Source: Halorhodospira halophila SL1
Lineage (GTDB): Bacteria; Pseudomonadota; Gammaproteobacteria; Nitrococcales; Halorhodospiraceae
Assembly (NCBI RefSeq): GCF_000015585.1
Contig: NC_008789.1
Location: 2,130,001-2,162,000, forward strand
Direction: 5' to 3'
DNA length: 32,000 nucleotides
A model generated the notes under the pieces. It worked only from the letters and a program-made list of their open reading frames with translations, was not told the DNA's origin and did not search any database. The position numbers and the translations under genes were made by a program. Shown here piece by piece: positions 7,438 through 15,388 of this stretch. The first letter of the stretch is position 1, and each line of letters opens with the position of its first letter.

Positions 7438-9183
7438 ATGCGCTTATCCCGGCGCGACTTCCTGGAGCTGATGCTGGCCGCCGGTGCGGCCGGCGCGCTG
7501 GCCCGCCCCGGCAAGAGCCTGGCCGGCAGCAACGGCTCGAACGACTGGCGAGCCATCCCGGAGGACTTCTACGACGTGCCGCGACAGGGCAACGTGCACC
7601 TCCTGCACTTCTGCGACCTGCACGGGCAGCTCAAGCCCGTCTACTTCCGCGAGCCCAACATCAACCTGGGCCTCCACGACTTCAAGGGCAAGCCGCCACT
7701 GCTCGTGGGCGAAGAGCTGCTGCGCCACTACCAGCTCGACCGCTTTAGCCCCGCGGCGCACGCCTTCACCCACCTCGACTTCCGCGCGGCAGCCGAATAC
7801 TACGGGCGTGTCGGTGGTGCCGCCCACCTGGCCACGGCGGTCCAACGGGCCCGCGATGAACGCCCCGGCGCACTGCTGCTCGACTCCGGGGACACCTGGC
7901 ACGGGTCCGGCCCGGCCCTGTGGAGCGAGGGCCGGGCCATGGTCGAGTTCCAGAAGAAACTCGGCGTCGACGCCTGCACCGGGCACTGGGAGTTCATCTA
8001 CGGCGACGAACGCGTCCAGGAGCTGGTCGCCGATCTCGACGGCGCCGGGGTCCACTTCCTGGCGCAGAACGTGCTCGACCGCGACTGGCTCGACCCGATC
8101 TTCGACGCCTACAGCATGCACGAGGAGAACGGCGTCCCGGTGGCGGTAGTCGGCCAGGCGTTCCCCTTCACCCCCATCGCCAACCCCGGGTATCTGTTCC
8201 CGCAGTGGGAGATGGGTCACCGACTCGACCGCCTTCAGGAGCAGGTGGACCGGGCGCGCGACGACGGCGCCCAGGTGGTGGTCCTGCTCTCCCACGCCGG
8301 CATGCTCACCGACATGGCCTACGCCCGGCAACTGCGCGGCGTCGACGTCATCCTCGGCGGCCATACCCACGACCCGGTCCCCTACCCGGAGCAGGTGGAG
8401 GATGCGGACGGCGAGTCGACCCTGGTCGTCAACAGCGGCTCCAACGGCAAGCACCTCTCGGTGCTGGATCTCGATGTCCGTGACGGGCGCATCCGCGACT
8501 TCCACTACCGCAACCTGCCGATCTTCTCCAACGCCCTCGAACCCGACCCGGACATGCAGTCCCTGGTCGACGAGGCCTACGCCCCTTACGAGGACAAGCT
8601 CTCTGAGGTGGTCGGCGAGGTCGACGGGGTGCTCTACCGCCGCGGCAACTTCAACGGCACCTTCGATGAAGTGCTCGCCCAGGCCCTGATCGAGGGCCGG
8701 GACGCCGAGGTGGCCTTCACCCCGGGATTCCGCTGGGGCCCGAGTGTTCTGCCGGGCAAGGTCACCTTCGAGGACTGCATGAACCAGACCTGCAGCACCT
8801 ATTCGGAGACCACCCGCAACGAGATGACCGGCGAGGCCATCAAGCACGTCCTCGAGGACGTCGCCAACTCCATCTTCAACGAGGACCCGATGCTCCACCG
8901 CGGCGGCGACATGGTGCGCAGCGCCGGGCTGCGCTACGCCATCGACCCCTCCCGGGGCATGGGGGAGCGCATCACCGACCTGGAGATCAACGGCGAGCCC
9001 ATGGATCCCAAACGCAAGTACGTCGTGGCCAGCTGGGCGGATGTCAACGAGCCCCAGGACGGCCCGCAGGCGTGGGACGTGCTCGCCGACTACTTCCGCA
9101 ATCACAACGCGCTCCGTGTCGAGGAGCCCTATGTGCCGAAGCTCAAGGGGGTCAGCGATGACAATCCGGGCATGGCGCTCTAG
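7438..9183 (+). CDS. soxB: Thiosulfohydrolase SoxB (dimanganese 5'-nucleotidase/metallophosphoesterase family)
   Basis: Tat leader MRLSRRDFLELMLAAGAAGALA. Metallophosphoesterase motifs (FCDLHGQLKP, DSGDTWHGS, LLSHAG, GGHTHD) and a C-terminal 5'-nucleotidase domain are present. It is 581 aa. Confidence 0.93.
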   Translation: MRLSRRDFLELMLAAGAAGALARPGKSLAGSNGSNDWRAIPEDFYDVPRQGNVHLLHFCDLHGQLKPVYFREPNINLGLHDFKGKPPLLVGEELLRHYQLDRFSPAAHAFTHLDFRAAAEYYGRVGGAAHLATAVQRARDERPGALLLDSGDTWHGSGPALWSEGRAMVEFQKKLGVDACTGHWEFIYGDERVQELVADLDGAGVHFLAQNVLDRDWLDPIFDAYSMHEENGVPVAVVGQAFPFTPIANPGYLFPQWEMGHRLDRLQEQVDRARDDGAQVVVLLSHAGMLTDMAYARQLRGVDVILGGHTHDPVPYPEQVEDADGESTLVVNSGSNGKHLSVLDLDVRDGRIRDFHYRNLPIFSNALEPDPDMQSLVDEAYAPYEDKLSEVVGEVDGVLYRRGNFNGTFDEVLAQALIEGRDAEVAFTPGFRWGPSVLPGKVTFEDCMNQTCSTYSETTRNEMTGEAIKHVLEDVANSIFNEDPMLHRGGDMVRSAGLRYAIDPSRGMGERITDLEINGEPMDPKRKYVVASWADVNEPQDGPQAWDVLADYFRNHNALRVEEPYVPKLKGVSDDNPGMAL

Positions 9184-10117
9184 CGCGCTGGGTACTACCG
9201 GAGCAACCGCCTGCGCCCTGGCCTTCACGCCGGCGCTGGCAGCCGATGAGCTGTTCATCCCCGAGGCCGAGCCGGTGGCCGACGGAGTTTACGCCATCAT
9301 CGGACCGACGGACGCACGCACCTACGAGAACCACGGCATGAATGCCAACTACGGCATCGTCGAGACCGATGAGGGCGTGCTCCTCATCGACTCCGGGCCG
9401 ACCGCCTTCAGCGCCGAGCTGATCGAGGAGGCGGTGGCCGAGGTGACCGACACACCGATCCGCTGGGTGTTGAACATCGGCGTCCAGGACCACCGCTGGC
9501 TGGGCAACGACTACTTCCAGCGCGAGCACGACGCCGAGGTCATCGCCTTCGAGGAGACGGCACGCCAGCAGGAGGCGTTCGCCTCGGACCACCTGGAGGG
9601 CCGGCTGAAGGAGGCCGTCGGGGACCGTCTGGAGGGGACCGAGCCGGCCTATGCCGACCGCGAGCTCGAGGGCGAAGAGTCGACGCTGGAGCTCGGCGGC
9701 GTCACCTTCGAGCTGCAGCGCACCGATGCCCACTTCCCCGGCGACGCCATGGCCCACCTGCCCGAGGCCGACGTGGTGTTTACCGGCGACCTGGTCTATG
9801 TCGACCGCATGCTCGGCGTCCACCCGTGGTCGAGCGTTGAGAACGGCTACGAGGCCTACCAGGAACTGGCGGACCTCGGCCCCGAGACGGTGGTGCCGGG
9901 CCACGGACAGGTCAGCGACATGGAACGGGTCGAACGGGACACCGGCGCCTACTACGAGTTCCTCGTCCATGAGGTGGGTGCCGCCGCCGAGGATCTCGAG
10001 CCCCTGGACGAGGTAGTGGAACGACACCGCGAGGAGTCGGCCTTCCAGCACCTGGAGCATTTCGACGGCTGGCACACCACCAACATCAACCGCGCCTACC
10101 TGGAGTTCGAGTGGTAG
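9158..10117 (+). CDS. Periplasmic MBL-fold protein, SoxH-like
   Basis: ATG 9158 follows AAGGGGG and gives a signal peptide MTIRAWRSSALGTTGATACALAFTPALA. MBL-fold landmarks are present (VLLIDSGP, AHFPGD, VVFTGDL, VVPGHG). It sits between soxB and soxY and overlaps the soxB 3' end by 26 nt. Confidence 0.75.
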   Translation: MTIRAWRSSALGTTGATACALAFTPALAADELFIPEAEPVADGVYAIIGPTDARTYENHGMNANYGIVETDEGVLLIDSGPTAFSAELIEEAVAEVTDTPIRWVLNIGVQDHRWLGNDYFQREHDAEVIAFEETARQQEAFASDHLEGRLKEAVGDRLEGTEPAYADRELEGEESTLELGGVTFELQRTDAHFPGDAMAHLPEADVVFTGDLVYVDRMLGVHPWSSVENGYEAYQELADLGPETVVPGHGQVSDMERVERDTGAYYEFLVHEVGAAAEDLEPLDEVVERHREESAFQHLEHFDGWHTTNINRAYLEFEW

Positions 10118-10176
10118 TCCGCGGCACAGCGTGTTTGAGCAACCGGCCCACCGGGCCGAAACGGGAGGAATCCACC

Positions 10177-10662
10177 ATGGATCAGCATCACGTCGACACA
10201 CAACGCCGCAAGATCCTGACCGGCGCCCTCGGCCTGGGAGGCGTCGGGACCGCCGTGGGGCTCGGCGTCCTCGCCCCGTCCCAGGCCCTCGCCTCGTGGC
10301 GGGAGGAGTCGATCATGGCCACCAGCCTCGAGGAGGGCCTGAACGCGGTGCTCGGCGCCAGCGAATACGAGGAGAGCGACGAGATCCACATCGACGCCCC
10401 GGAGGTGGCCGAGAACGGCGAGACGGTGCCGATCACCATCGACACCTCGCTGCCGGACGTTGAGAGCATCACCGTCTACGTCCCGGAGAACAACGCCCCG
10501 GTCTCGGCCGTCTTTGAACTCGGCGGCAAGACCAAGCCCAAGGTCTCGCAGCGGATCCAGATGGCCGACACCTCGGACGTCGTGGCGGTGGCCAAGAGCA
10601 ACGGCAAGCTCTACGGCACCAGCCGCCGGGTCCGGGTCACCATCGGCGGCTGCGGCGGCTGA
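10177..10662 (+). CDS. soxY: Sulfur carrier protein SoxY
   Basis: ATG 10177 follows GGGAGGAA. A Tat-type leader (QRRKILTGALGLGG) is present, and the C-terminus ends in the diagnostic GGCGG swinging-arm motif. Confidence 0.93.
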   Translation: MDQHHVDTQRRKILTGALGLGGVGTAVGLGVLAPSQALASWREESIMATSLEEGLNAVLGASEYEESDEIHIDAPEVAENGETVPITIDTSLPDVESITVYVPENNAPVSAVFELGGKTKPKVSQRIQMADTSDVVAVAKSNGKLYGTSRRVRVTIGGCGG

Positions 10663-10715
10663 GCCTTTCACCGACGGCGATCACGGGATAGCCACAGACT
10701 GCGAGGGAGCACACC

Positions 10716-11009
10716 ATGTCTTCGATTCGAGCACGCGCAACCCTGGTCGACGGGATAGCGGAGGTCCGCGCCCTGATCAGCCACCCCATGGATGCCCCGG
10801 ACGAGGAGAGCGGGGACGAGGGGCACTTCATTCAGGAGGTGATCGCCGAGATCAACGGCGAGAAGGTCCTCCACGCCCACTGGGGGCCGAGCATCTCCCC
10901 CAACCCGCTGATCCAGTTCGAGGCTGAGGCCGAGGCCGGGGATACCCTAACGCTCCGCTACACCGACAACCTCGGCGAGAGCGACAGCCACGAGATGGAA
11001 CTGAGCTGA
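10716..11009 (+). CDS. soxZ: SoxZ, partner of SoxY
   Basis: A 97-aa protein, MSSIRARATLVDGIAEVRALISHPMD...FIQEV...NPLIQF, typical of SoxZ. It lies immediately downstream of soxY. Confidence 0.9.
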   Translation: MSSIRARATLVDGIAEVRALISHPMDAPDEESGDEGHFIQEVIAEINGEKVLHAHWGPSISPNPLIQFEAEAEAGDTLTLRYTDNLGESDSHEMELS

Positions 11010-11025
11010 AAGCCGACCGCCGTAC

Positions 11026-11072
11026 CCGACACGACGAGGGCACCGGCTTGCCCGGCGCCCTCGTCGTGTCGG
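11026..11072. terminator. Bidirectional hairpin between convergent soxZ and the DsrE-like gene
   Basis: ccgacacgacgagggc (11026-11041) pairs perfectly with gccctcgtcgtgtcgg (11057-11072), a 16-bp stem. There is no clear U-tract. Confidence 0.5.
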
Positions 11073-11087
11073 CCCCGCGGAAGGGCG

Positions 11088-11594
11088 CTACTGGATCTTG
11101 ATATACGAGAAGCCGCGGCGCTGGAGCTCTTCGAGGCGGGTGGCCCCGTAGTCGATCAGCTCCGCATCCACCGCCAGATCCTCCTGCTCCAGCCCCGCCT
11201 CGTCCATGGAGCTGGCACAGACCTCCAGCTGCACGTCGTAGGTATCGGAGAGCGTGCGCAGCCGCTGGAGTAGATCGTCACGCTCGGCCACGTCGGCCTC
11301 ATCCACCTCGTAGGCGGTGTCCGCCAGCCGGTCCTCGGTCACATACCGCAGACCGAACCCGTGCAGGACGATCCGCACATCGTGATCGAGCAACTGCCCT
11401 TCGTAGTGGCTCGCAGCGTTATTGGCGTTGAAGATGGTGGAGCTGACGCGCTGCGGCTCCTGCATATCGATGTGGAACACCAGTTGAGGCTCCGGGAAAT
11501 CCTCCGCCGCTGCGCTGGCCAGCGCGCCACTGAGTGCCAGCAGGCCAGCGGCCACACCACCAAGCCGGCCTCGCTCCCCCTTCCGTGCTGTCAT
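11088..11594 (-). CDS. Secreted DsrE/DsrF (YchN-fold) family protein
   Basis: Signal peptide MTARKGERGRLGGVAAGLLALSGALASAAA. The core VFHIDMQEP...IVLHGFGLRY...LEVCASSMDEAGL resembles the DsrE/F-like family with a conserved Cys. ATG 11594 has better spacing from the AGGAGGG Shine-Dalgarno sequence than ATG 11600. Confidence 0.7.
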   Translation of the reverse strand: MTARKGERGRLGGVAAGLLALSGALASAAAEDFPEPQLVFHIDMQEPQRVSSTIFNANNAASHYEGQLLDHDVRIVLHGFGLRYVTEDRLADTAYEVDEADVAERDDLLQRLRTLSDTYDVQLEVCASSMDEAGLEQEDLAVDAELIDYGATRLEELQRRGFSYIKIQ

Positions 11595-11622
11595 GGTCAT
11601 CCCTCCTGCGGCCCGAACCGCC

Positions 11623-12186
11623 CTAGTGCGCCTCCTGCTCCAGCAGATCGGCCAGATCCTCCGGCGTCAGCCGGAAGGAGAGCTCGCCCCCGGGGGTGGC
11701 CATGGTCGGCGTACCCGGCACCCCGATCTGCTGCGCCACCTCCTGGTGGTCCTCGACCGGTGACGCGTCGCACGCCCCGGCCTCGGGCTCTTCACCGGAC
11801 TTCGCCGCCTCCAGGGCCTCGTGCCGGTCGTCGCTGCACCAGACCTGGTCCATCAACGCCCGGGAGGCATCGGACAGGGCGAAGGCGGCATACCGCACCC
11901 GGATCCCCTGTTCCAGGTACGCGTCGAGCTCGGCGTGGAGATCCTGGCAGTGGGGACAGGTCACATCGGTGAAGACCGTCACGCTGTGCTCCGCTTCCCC
12001 CTCCTCGGGTTCGTAGACGATCAGATCCTCCTCGGGCATCGCCTCAAGGGTCTCGGCGATCTCTTCCGGCATCATGCCCACCGACGCGGTGGCCGCGCCC
12101 ATGCATCCCCCGAACACCAGCACCCGGGCGGCACGGCGTGCCGTCCGAATGCGCGGCGCGCGGGCGCTCGTCGACTCCCTGCGCAT
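11623..12186 (-). CDS. Thioredoxin-fold thiol:disulfide interchange protein (DsbC/DsbG/DsbA-like), possibly a lipoprotein
   Basis: CPHC redox motif (FTDVTCPHCQDLH). The N-terminal leader has a lipobox-like VFGGC. ATG 12186 follows GGAGGG and lies 17 nt after the fccB stop. Confidence 0.75.
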   Translation of the reverse strand: MRRESTSARAPRIRTARRAARVLVFGGCMGAATASVGMMPEEIAETLEAMPEEDLIVYEPEEGEAEHSVTVFTDVTCPHCQDLHAELDAYLEQGIRVRYAAFALSDASRALMDQVWCSDDRHEALEAAKSGEEPEAGACDASPVEDHQEVAQQIGVPGTPTMATPGGELSFRLTPEDLADLLEQEAH

Positions 12187-12203
12187 CACGCCCTCCTCTT
12201 CCC

Positions 12204-13511
12204 TTAGCCGAAGATGTCGCGGGTGATCGAGGCGTACCAGCCGGGGGCGTAATCCGCCTCCCGGGCCCGGAACTCCCGCGAGGCCCCCTCGGGGCTCAAC
12301 CCGCCGGCGCCTTCCACCGAGCGCATCTCACCGTCGCGGTACTCGTAAACCGCGGCCACGGTCACGCCCCAGTCCGGGGCCGCCAGGCTGTAGCAGGTGT
12401 TGACCATCGGGAACCCGGGCACTTCGTGTCCGCGCAGTTCGCTAACGATGCTCGCGGCCACCAGCTTGGCCTGGTTATTGGCGGCGTGACCGGACTTGGG
12501 CATATCACCGGCAACAGCCGCATCTCCCACCACGTAGACGTCGTCGTGCCGGGTCGAGCGGAAGGTGCGCTGATCCACCGGGCACCAGCCGCCCTCGTCG
12601 GTCAGCCCGGCCCGCTCGGCGATGGCACCGGCCTTTTGCGGCGGGATGACGTTGAGGACGTCGGCGCGGTGCTCCGCGTCGCCGCCATCGGTGAAGACCT
12701 TGCGCTCCCGCACCGCGATGCGCTCCGGCTTGCCCCCCTCCTTCGCCGGCACCCACTCGATCATGTCACCGTAGAGCGCTTCCCACGCCTCCTCGAACAG
12801 GCCCTGTTTGGAGAAGCTGTCCTTGGGATCCAGCGCCAGCACCTTGGCCCGCGGCTTGTGCTGCTTGAGATAGTGGGCGATCAGGCTCATGCGCTCGTAC
12901 GGCCCCGGCGGGCAACGGTACGGCCCGTCCGGCGGGCAGATCACGACCGTGCCCCCATCCTCCATGGCCTCAATCTGGCCGCGCAGGATGGAGTACTGCG
13001 CCCCGCCCCACCAGGCGTGGGGGACGGCGATGGTGTCGTCCCCGTCCATCCCCTCGACCCGATCCCAGTCGAAGGCGATCCCCGGCGCCACGACCAGACG
13101 ATCGTAGCTGATCCGGCCGTTCTCGGCGGTCACCACCCGGTGGCCGTCGAGATCGATATCCCGGGCGCGGTCGTGGATGACCTCGATGCCGTAGTCGTCG
13201 CGCAGCGTGTGGTAGCCGTGGCGGAGGGTCCGGAGCTCGCGGAACCCACCCAGGTACCAGTTGCCGCCGTAGCAGGTGTAGTAGCTCTCGTTCGGCTCGA
13301 TCAGCGTGACCTCGAGCTCCGGCGCGTGGTGCTTGAGGTAGCGCGCGGTAGTGGCCCCGCCGGAGCCGCCGCCGACCACCACCACGCGCCCCTCGATGCG
13401 GCCATTGGCGTCCGGCCCGGTGGGAGCGCAACCGGCCAGCCCCAGCCCGGCCCCCGCGGTTCCGAGACCGGCGAGGCGCATGAAATCTCGTCTCGTGAGG
13501 CGCTTGCTCAT
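12204..13511 (-). CDS. fccB: Flavocytochrome c sulfide dehydrogenase, FAD-binding subunit
   Basis: Tat leader MSKRLTRRDFMRLAGLG, FAD-binding site VVVVGGGSGGATTARYLK, 435 aa. It is directly preceded by a monoheme cytochrome c gene. Confidence 0.9.
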   Translation of the reverse strand: MSKRLTRRDFMRLAGLGTAGAGLGLAGCAPTGPDANGRIEGRVVVVGGGSGGATTARYLKHHAPELEVTLIEPNESYYTCYGGNWYLGGFRELRTLRHGYHTLRDDYGIEVIHDRARDIDLDGHRVVTAENGRISYDRLVVAPGIAFDWDRVEGMDGDDTIAVPHAWWGGAQYSILRGQIEAMEDGGTVVICPPDGPYRCPPGPYERMSLIAHYLKQHKPRAKVLALDPKDSFSKQGLFEEAWEALYGDMIEWVPAKEGGKPERIAVRERKVFTDGGDAEHRADVLNVIPPQKAGAIAERAGLTDEGGWCPVDQRTFRSTRHDDVYVVGDAAVAGDMPKSGHAANNQAKLVAASIVSELRGHEVPGFPMVNTCYSLAAPDWGVTVAAVYEYRDGEMRSVEGAGGLSPEGASREFRAREADYAPGWYASITRDIFG

Positions 13512-13523
13512 GCCTGCCCTTCC

Positions 13524-13850
13524 CTATTGATCCATTGCTGCGAGGTAGGCCGCGACCGCGCGCAGCTGCTCATCGGTGTAGCCGGTGGCGTGCCGATCCA
13601 TCACCGTGGGATCCCCCCGGCCTTCGCGAAAGTCTCTCATCACCTCCACCAGGGCCTCTTCATCCCAGCCGGCCAGCGGCGGCATGCTCTCCGCCCCCTG
13701 GCCGCCGGGGCCGTGGCAGGCCAGGCAACTGTTGGCGATCATCTCCCCCTCGGAGATCCCGCCATCGCCGGCCGTGGCCGCCCCCCCGCCGAATAGCAGA
13801 CCGAATAGGGTGGCACCGCTGAGCAGTGCCCTGCGCGACGATTGCTGCAT
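13524..13850 (-). CDS. fccA: Flavocytochrome c cytochrome subunit (monoheme c-type)
   Basis: ATG 13850 follows GAAGGAGGAG. Signal peptide MQQSSRRALLSGATLFGLLFG. There is a single CLACH heme-binding motif. It is 108 aa. Confidence 0.85.
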   Translation of the reverse strand: MQQSSRRALLSGATLFGLLFGGGAATAGDGGISEGEMIANSCLACHGPGGQGAESMPPLAGWDEEALVEVMRDFREGRGDPTVMDRHATGYTDEQLRAVAAYLAAMDQ

Positions 13851-13898
13851 GGATGGGCTCCTCCTTCTCGTATGGTCGGGGTGGCCACCGGCCACCCC

Positions 13899-15080
13899 TC
13901 AGAACGTCGCCCCGAAGTCGTACCGGGCGCCGATGGCGTAGGTGGTCAGGTGATCGTCGGCGGCCTCGTCGGGATCCTCGCCGGCGCTACCGATCGCATC
14001 GTCGAAGGACTGGTACTGCACGCCGGCGTACACCCGGAAATCCTCGTGGGGCTGATGGACCACGGCGCCGGTGATCGAGCTGACGTCCTCGTCGTCGCCA
14101 TCGGCGTCGGCGTGACCGAGGGCGAGCACCCACTGGTTGCGCCCCTGCTGGTAGGTCCCGATCAGCGCGTGGTGGTCCACCGCGTCGGTGAAGCGGCCGT
14201 CGTAGAAGGCTGGGTCGTCATCCGTTGTACTCTCGCCGTCCACCCGGTTTGAGGGATCCCCCACTAGGTTGTCGATCCGGCCGGCGCCCCCGGGCCCGCG
14301 GATGATCTCCACCGACTCGTACTGGTAGGCCAGAGAGAACGCATCCGGCGCCCAGCGGGCCCCCACCTTCCAGTTGGTATCGCCGTCGTCCACGTCATCC
14401 ACGTCGGTGAACCGCTCGTCGAGGTGCATCACCGCGGCGATGAAGTGCCAGTCAGGGAGGCCGAGGTAGCTGGCACCAAGGATGACATCGCCCTGCTGCA
14501 GGTCCTGATCCGCATCACCCGGATCGGGGCTCGACAGCGTCCGGTCCTGGTTGTCGTCCTCCACCCCGATCTGGGCGTGCAGCTGCAGCCCGGCCATCTC
14601 CGGGCTGACGTACTGCACCGCGCGGTTGACGAAATCGTTGTGGCCGAAGGAGCCGCCGGACATCCCGCCGGTGCGCCGCTGCTGCAGCTCGGTGGCCACC
14701 AGCGGATCCCAGCGCACGCCGCCGAGGGTCTTGTAGGCGGCGTGGACCGTGCCGACGACCAGCTCACCGTAGGGGCTGTCCACTCCCACGTAGCTGATCC
14801 GTCGACTAAAATCGTCGTCCCCCAGGTGCGGGCTGGCGCTCCACTCCAGTTGGCCGATGGCCGTCCACTCGTCGTCCAGGGGCTGCTGCCCGGAAACGCC
14901 CCAGCGCGTCCGCCCCTGGTCCGTGAATTTGGTGACGTCGGAAGAGTCCTCGTAGGCGAACTGGTGCAGGCCGGCGTGGACCTGCCCATAAAGGCTGACC
15001 TCGCCGGCCTGTGCCGCCGACGCCGCACCGCCCCATGCAAACAGTCCCGCCACAGCCGCCACGGTCGATGTCCTTCTCAT
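13899..15080 (-). CDS. Outer-membrane porin (Gram-negative porin family), very acidic
   Basis: Signal peptide MRRTSTVAAVAGLFAWGGAASAAQA, then EVSLYGQVHAGL. The sequence has an alternating beta-strand pattern and the terminal YDFGATF with a C-terminal Phe. ATG 15080 follows GGGGAGG. Confidence 0.85.
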   Translation of the reverse strand: MRRTSTVAAVAGLFAWGGAASAAQAGEVSLYGQVHAGLHQFAYEDSSDVTKFTDQGRTRWGVSGQQPLDDEWTAIGQLEWSASPHLGDDDFSRRISYVGVDSPYGELVVGTVHAAYKTLGGVRWDPLVATELQQRRTGGMSGGSFGHNDFVNRAVQYVSPEMAGLQLHAQIGVEDDNQDRTLSSPDPGDADQDLQQGDVILGASYLGLPDWHFIAAVMHLDERFTDVDDVDDGDTNWKVGARWAPDAFSLAYQYESVEIIRGPGGAGRIDNLVGDPSNRVDGESTTDDDPAFYDGRFTDAVDHHALIGTYQQGRNQWVLALGHADADGDDEDVSSITGAVVHQPHEDFRVYAGVQYQSFDDAIGSAGEDPDEAADDHLTTYAIGARYDFGATF

Positions 15081-15388
15081 GCTGCCTGCCTCCCCATGCC
15101 TGGATGGATCGCGGGCGGGAGACCGACCCGGGCTGCGCCCCACGCCGCCTCCCCAGCCCGCCTGTGCACCAGCCAGCCTGTTTCAACACCCGGGAGGCAA
15201 CAATTGCCCACATGGGCAGCCTGCCCTGCCCGATGGGGATAGGCTCCCGACAGACCGCTCACCCTAAAAAGGGTATTCGCACGCTCACCCCCTCTCGCTA
15301 GCCTGCCTGCACAGGCTACCGAGCCCGCGAAGCAGCCAGAAATAGCCAATCGGACAATCCATATTCCGGGTTTGAAGGAGGGGGTCCC
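15081..15388. promoter_or_regulatory. Divergent control region between the porin-fccAB operon (-) and soxXA (+)
   Basis: A 308-bp non-coding gap. It holds overlapping palindromes GGCAACAATTGCC (15196-15208) and TGCCCACATGGGCA (15205-15218), GGGGATAGG (15235-15243), ACCCTAAAAAGGGTATTC (15261-15278), a hairpin at 15299-15318, and TATTCC (15362-15367). Confidence 0.5.

Noticed and set aside
9041-9157. Upstream start (9041) for the SoxH-like gene, giving a 358-aa product
   Set aside because: The extra 39 codons lie inside soxB in another frame and encode Ser/Thr/Arg-rich sequence. ATG 9158 yields a proper signal peptide and has a Shine-Dalgarno sequence.
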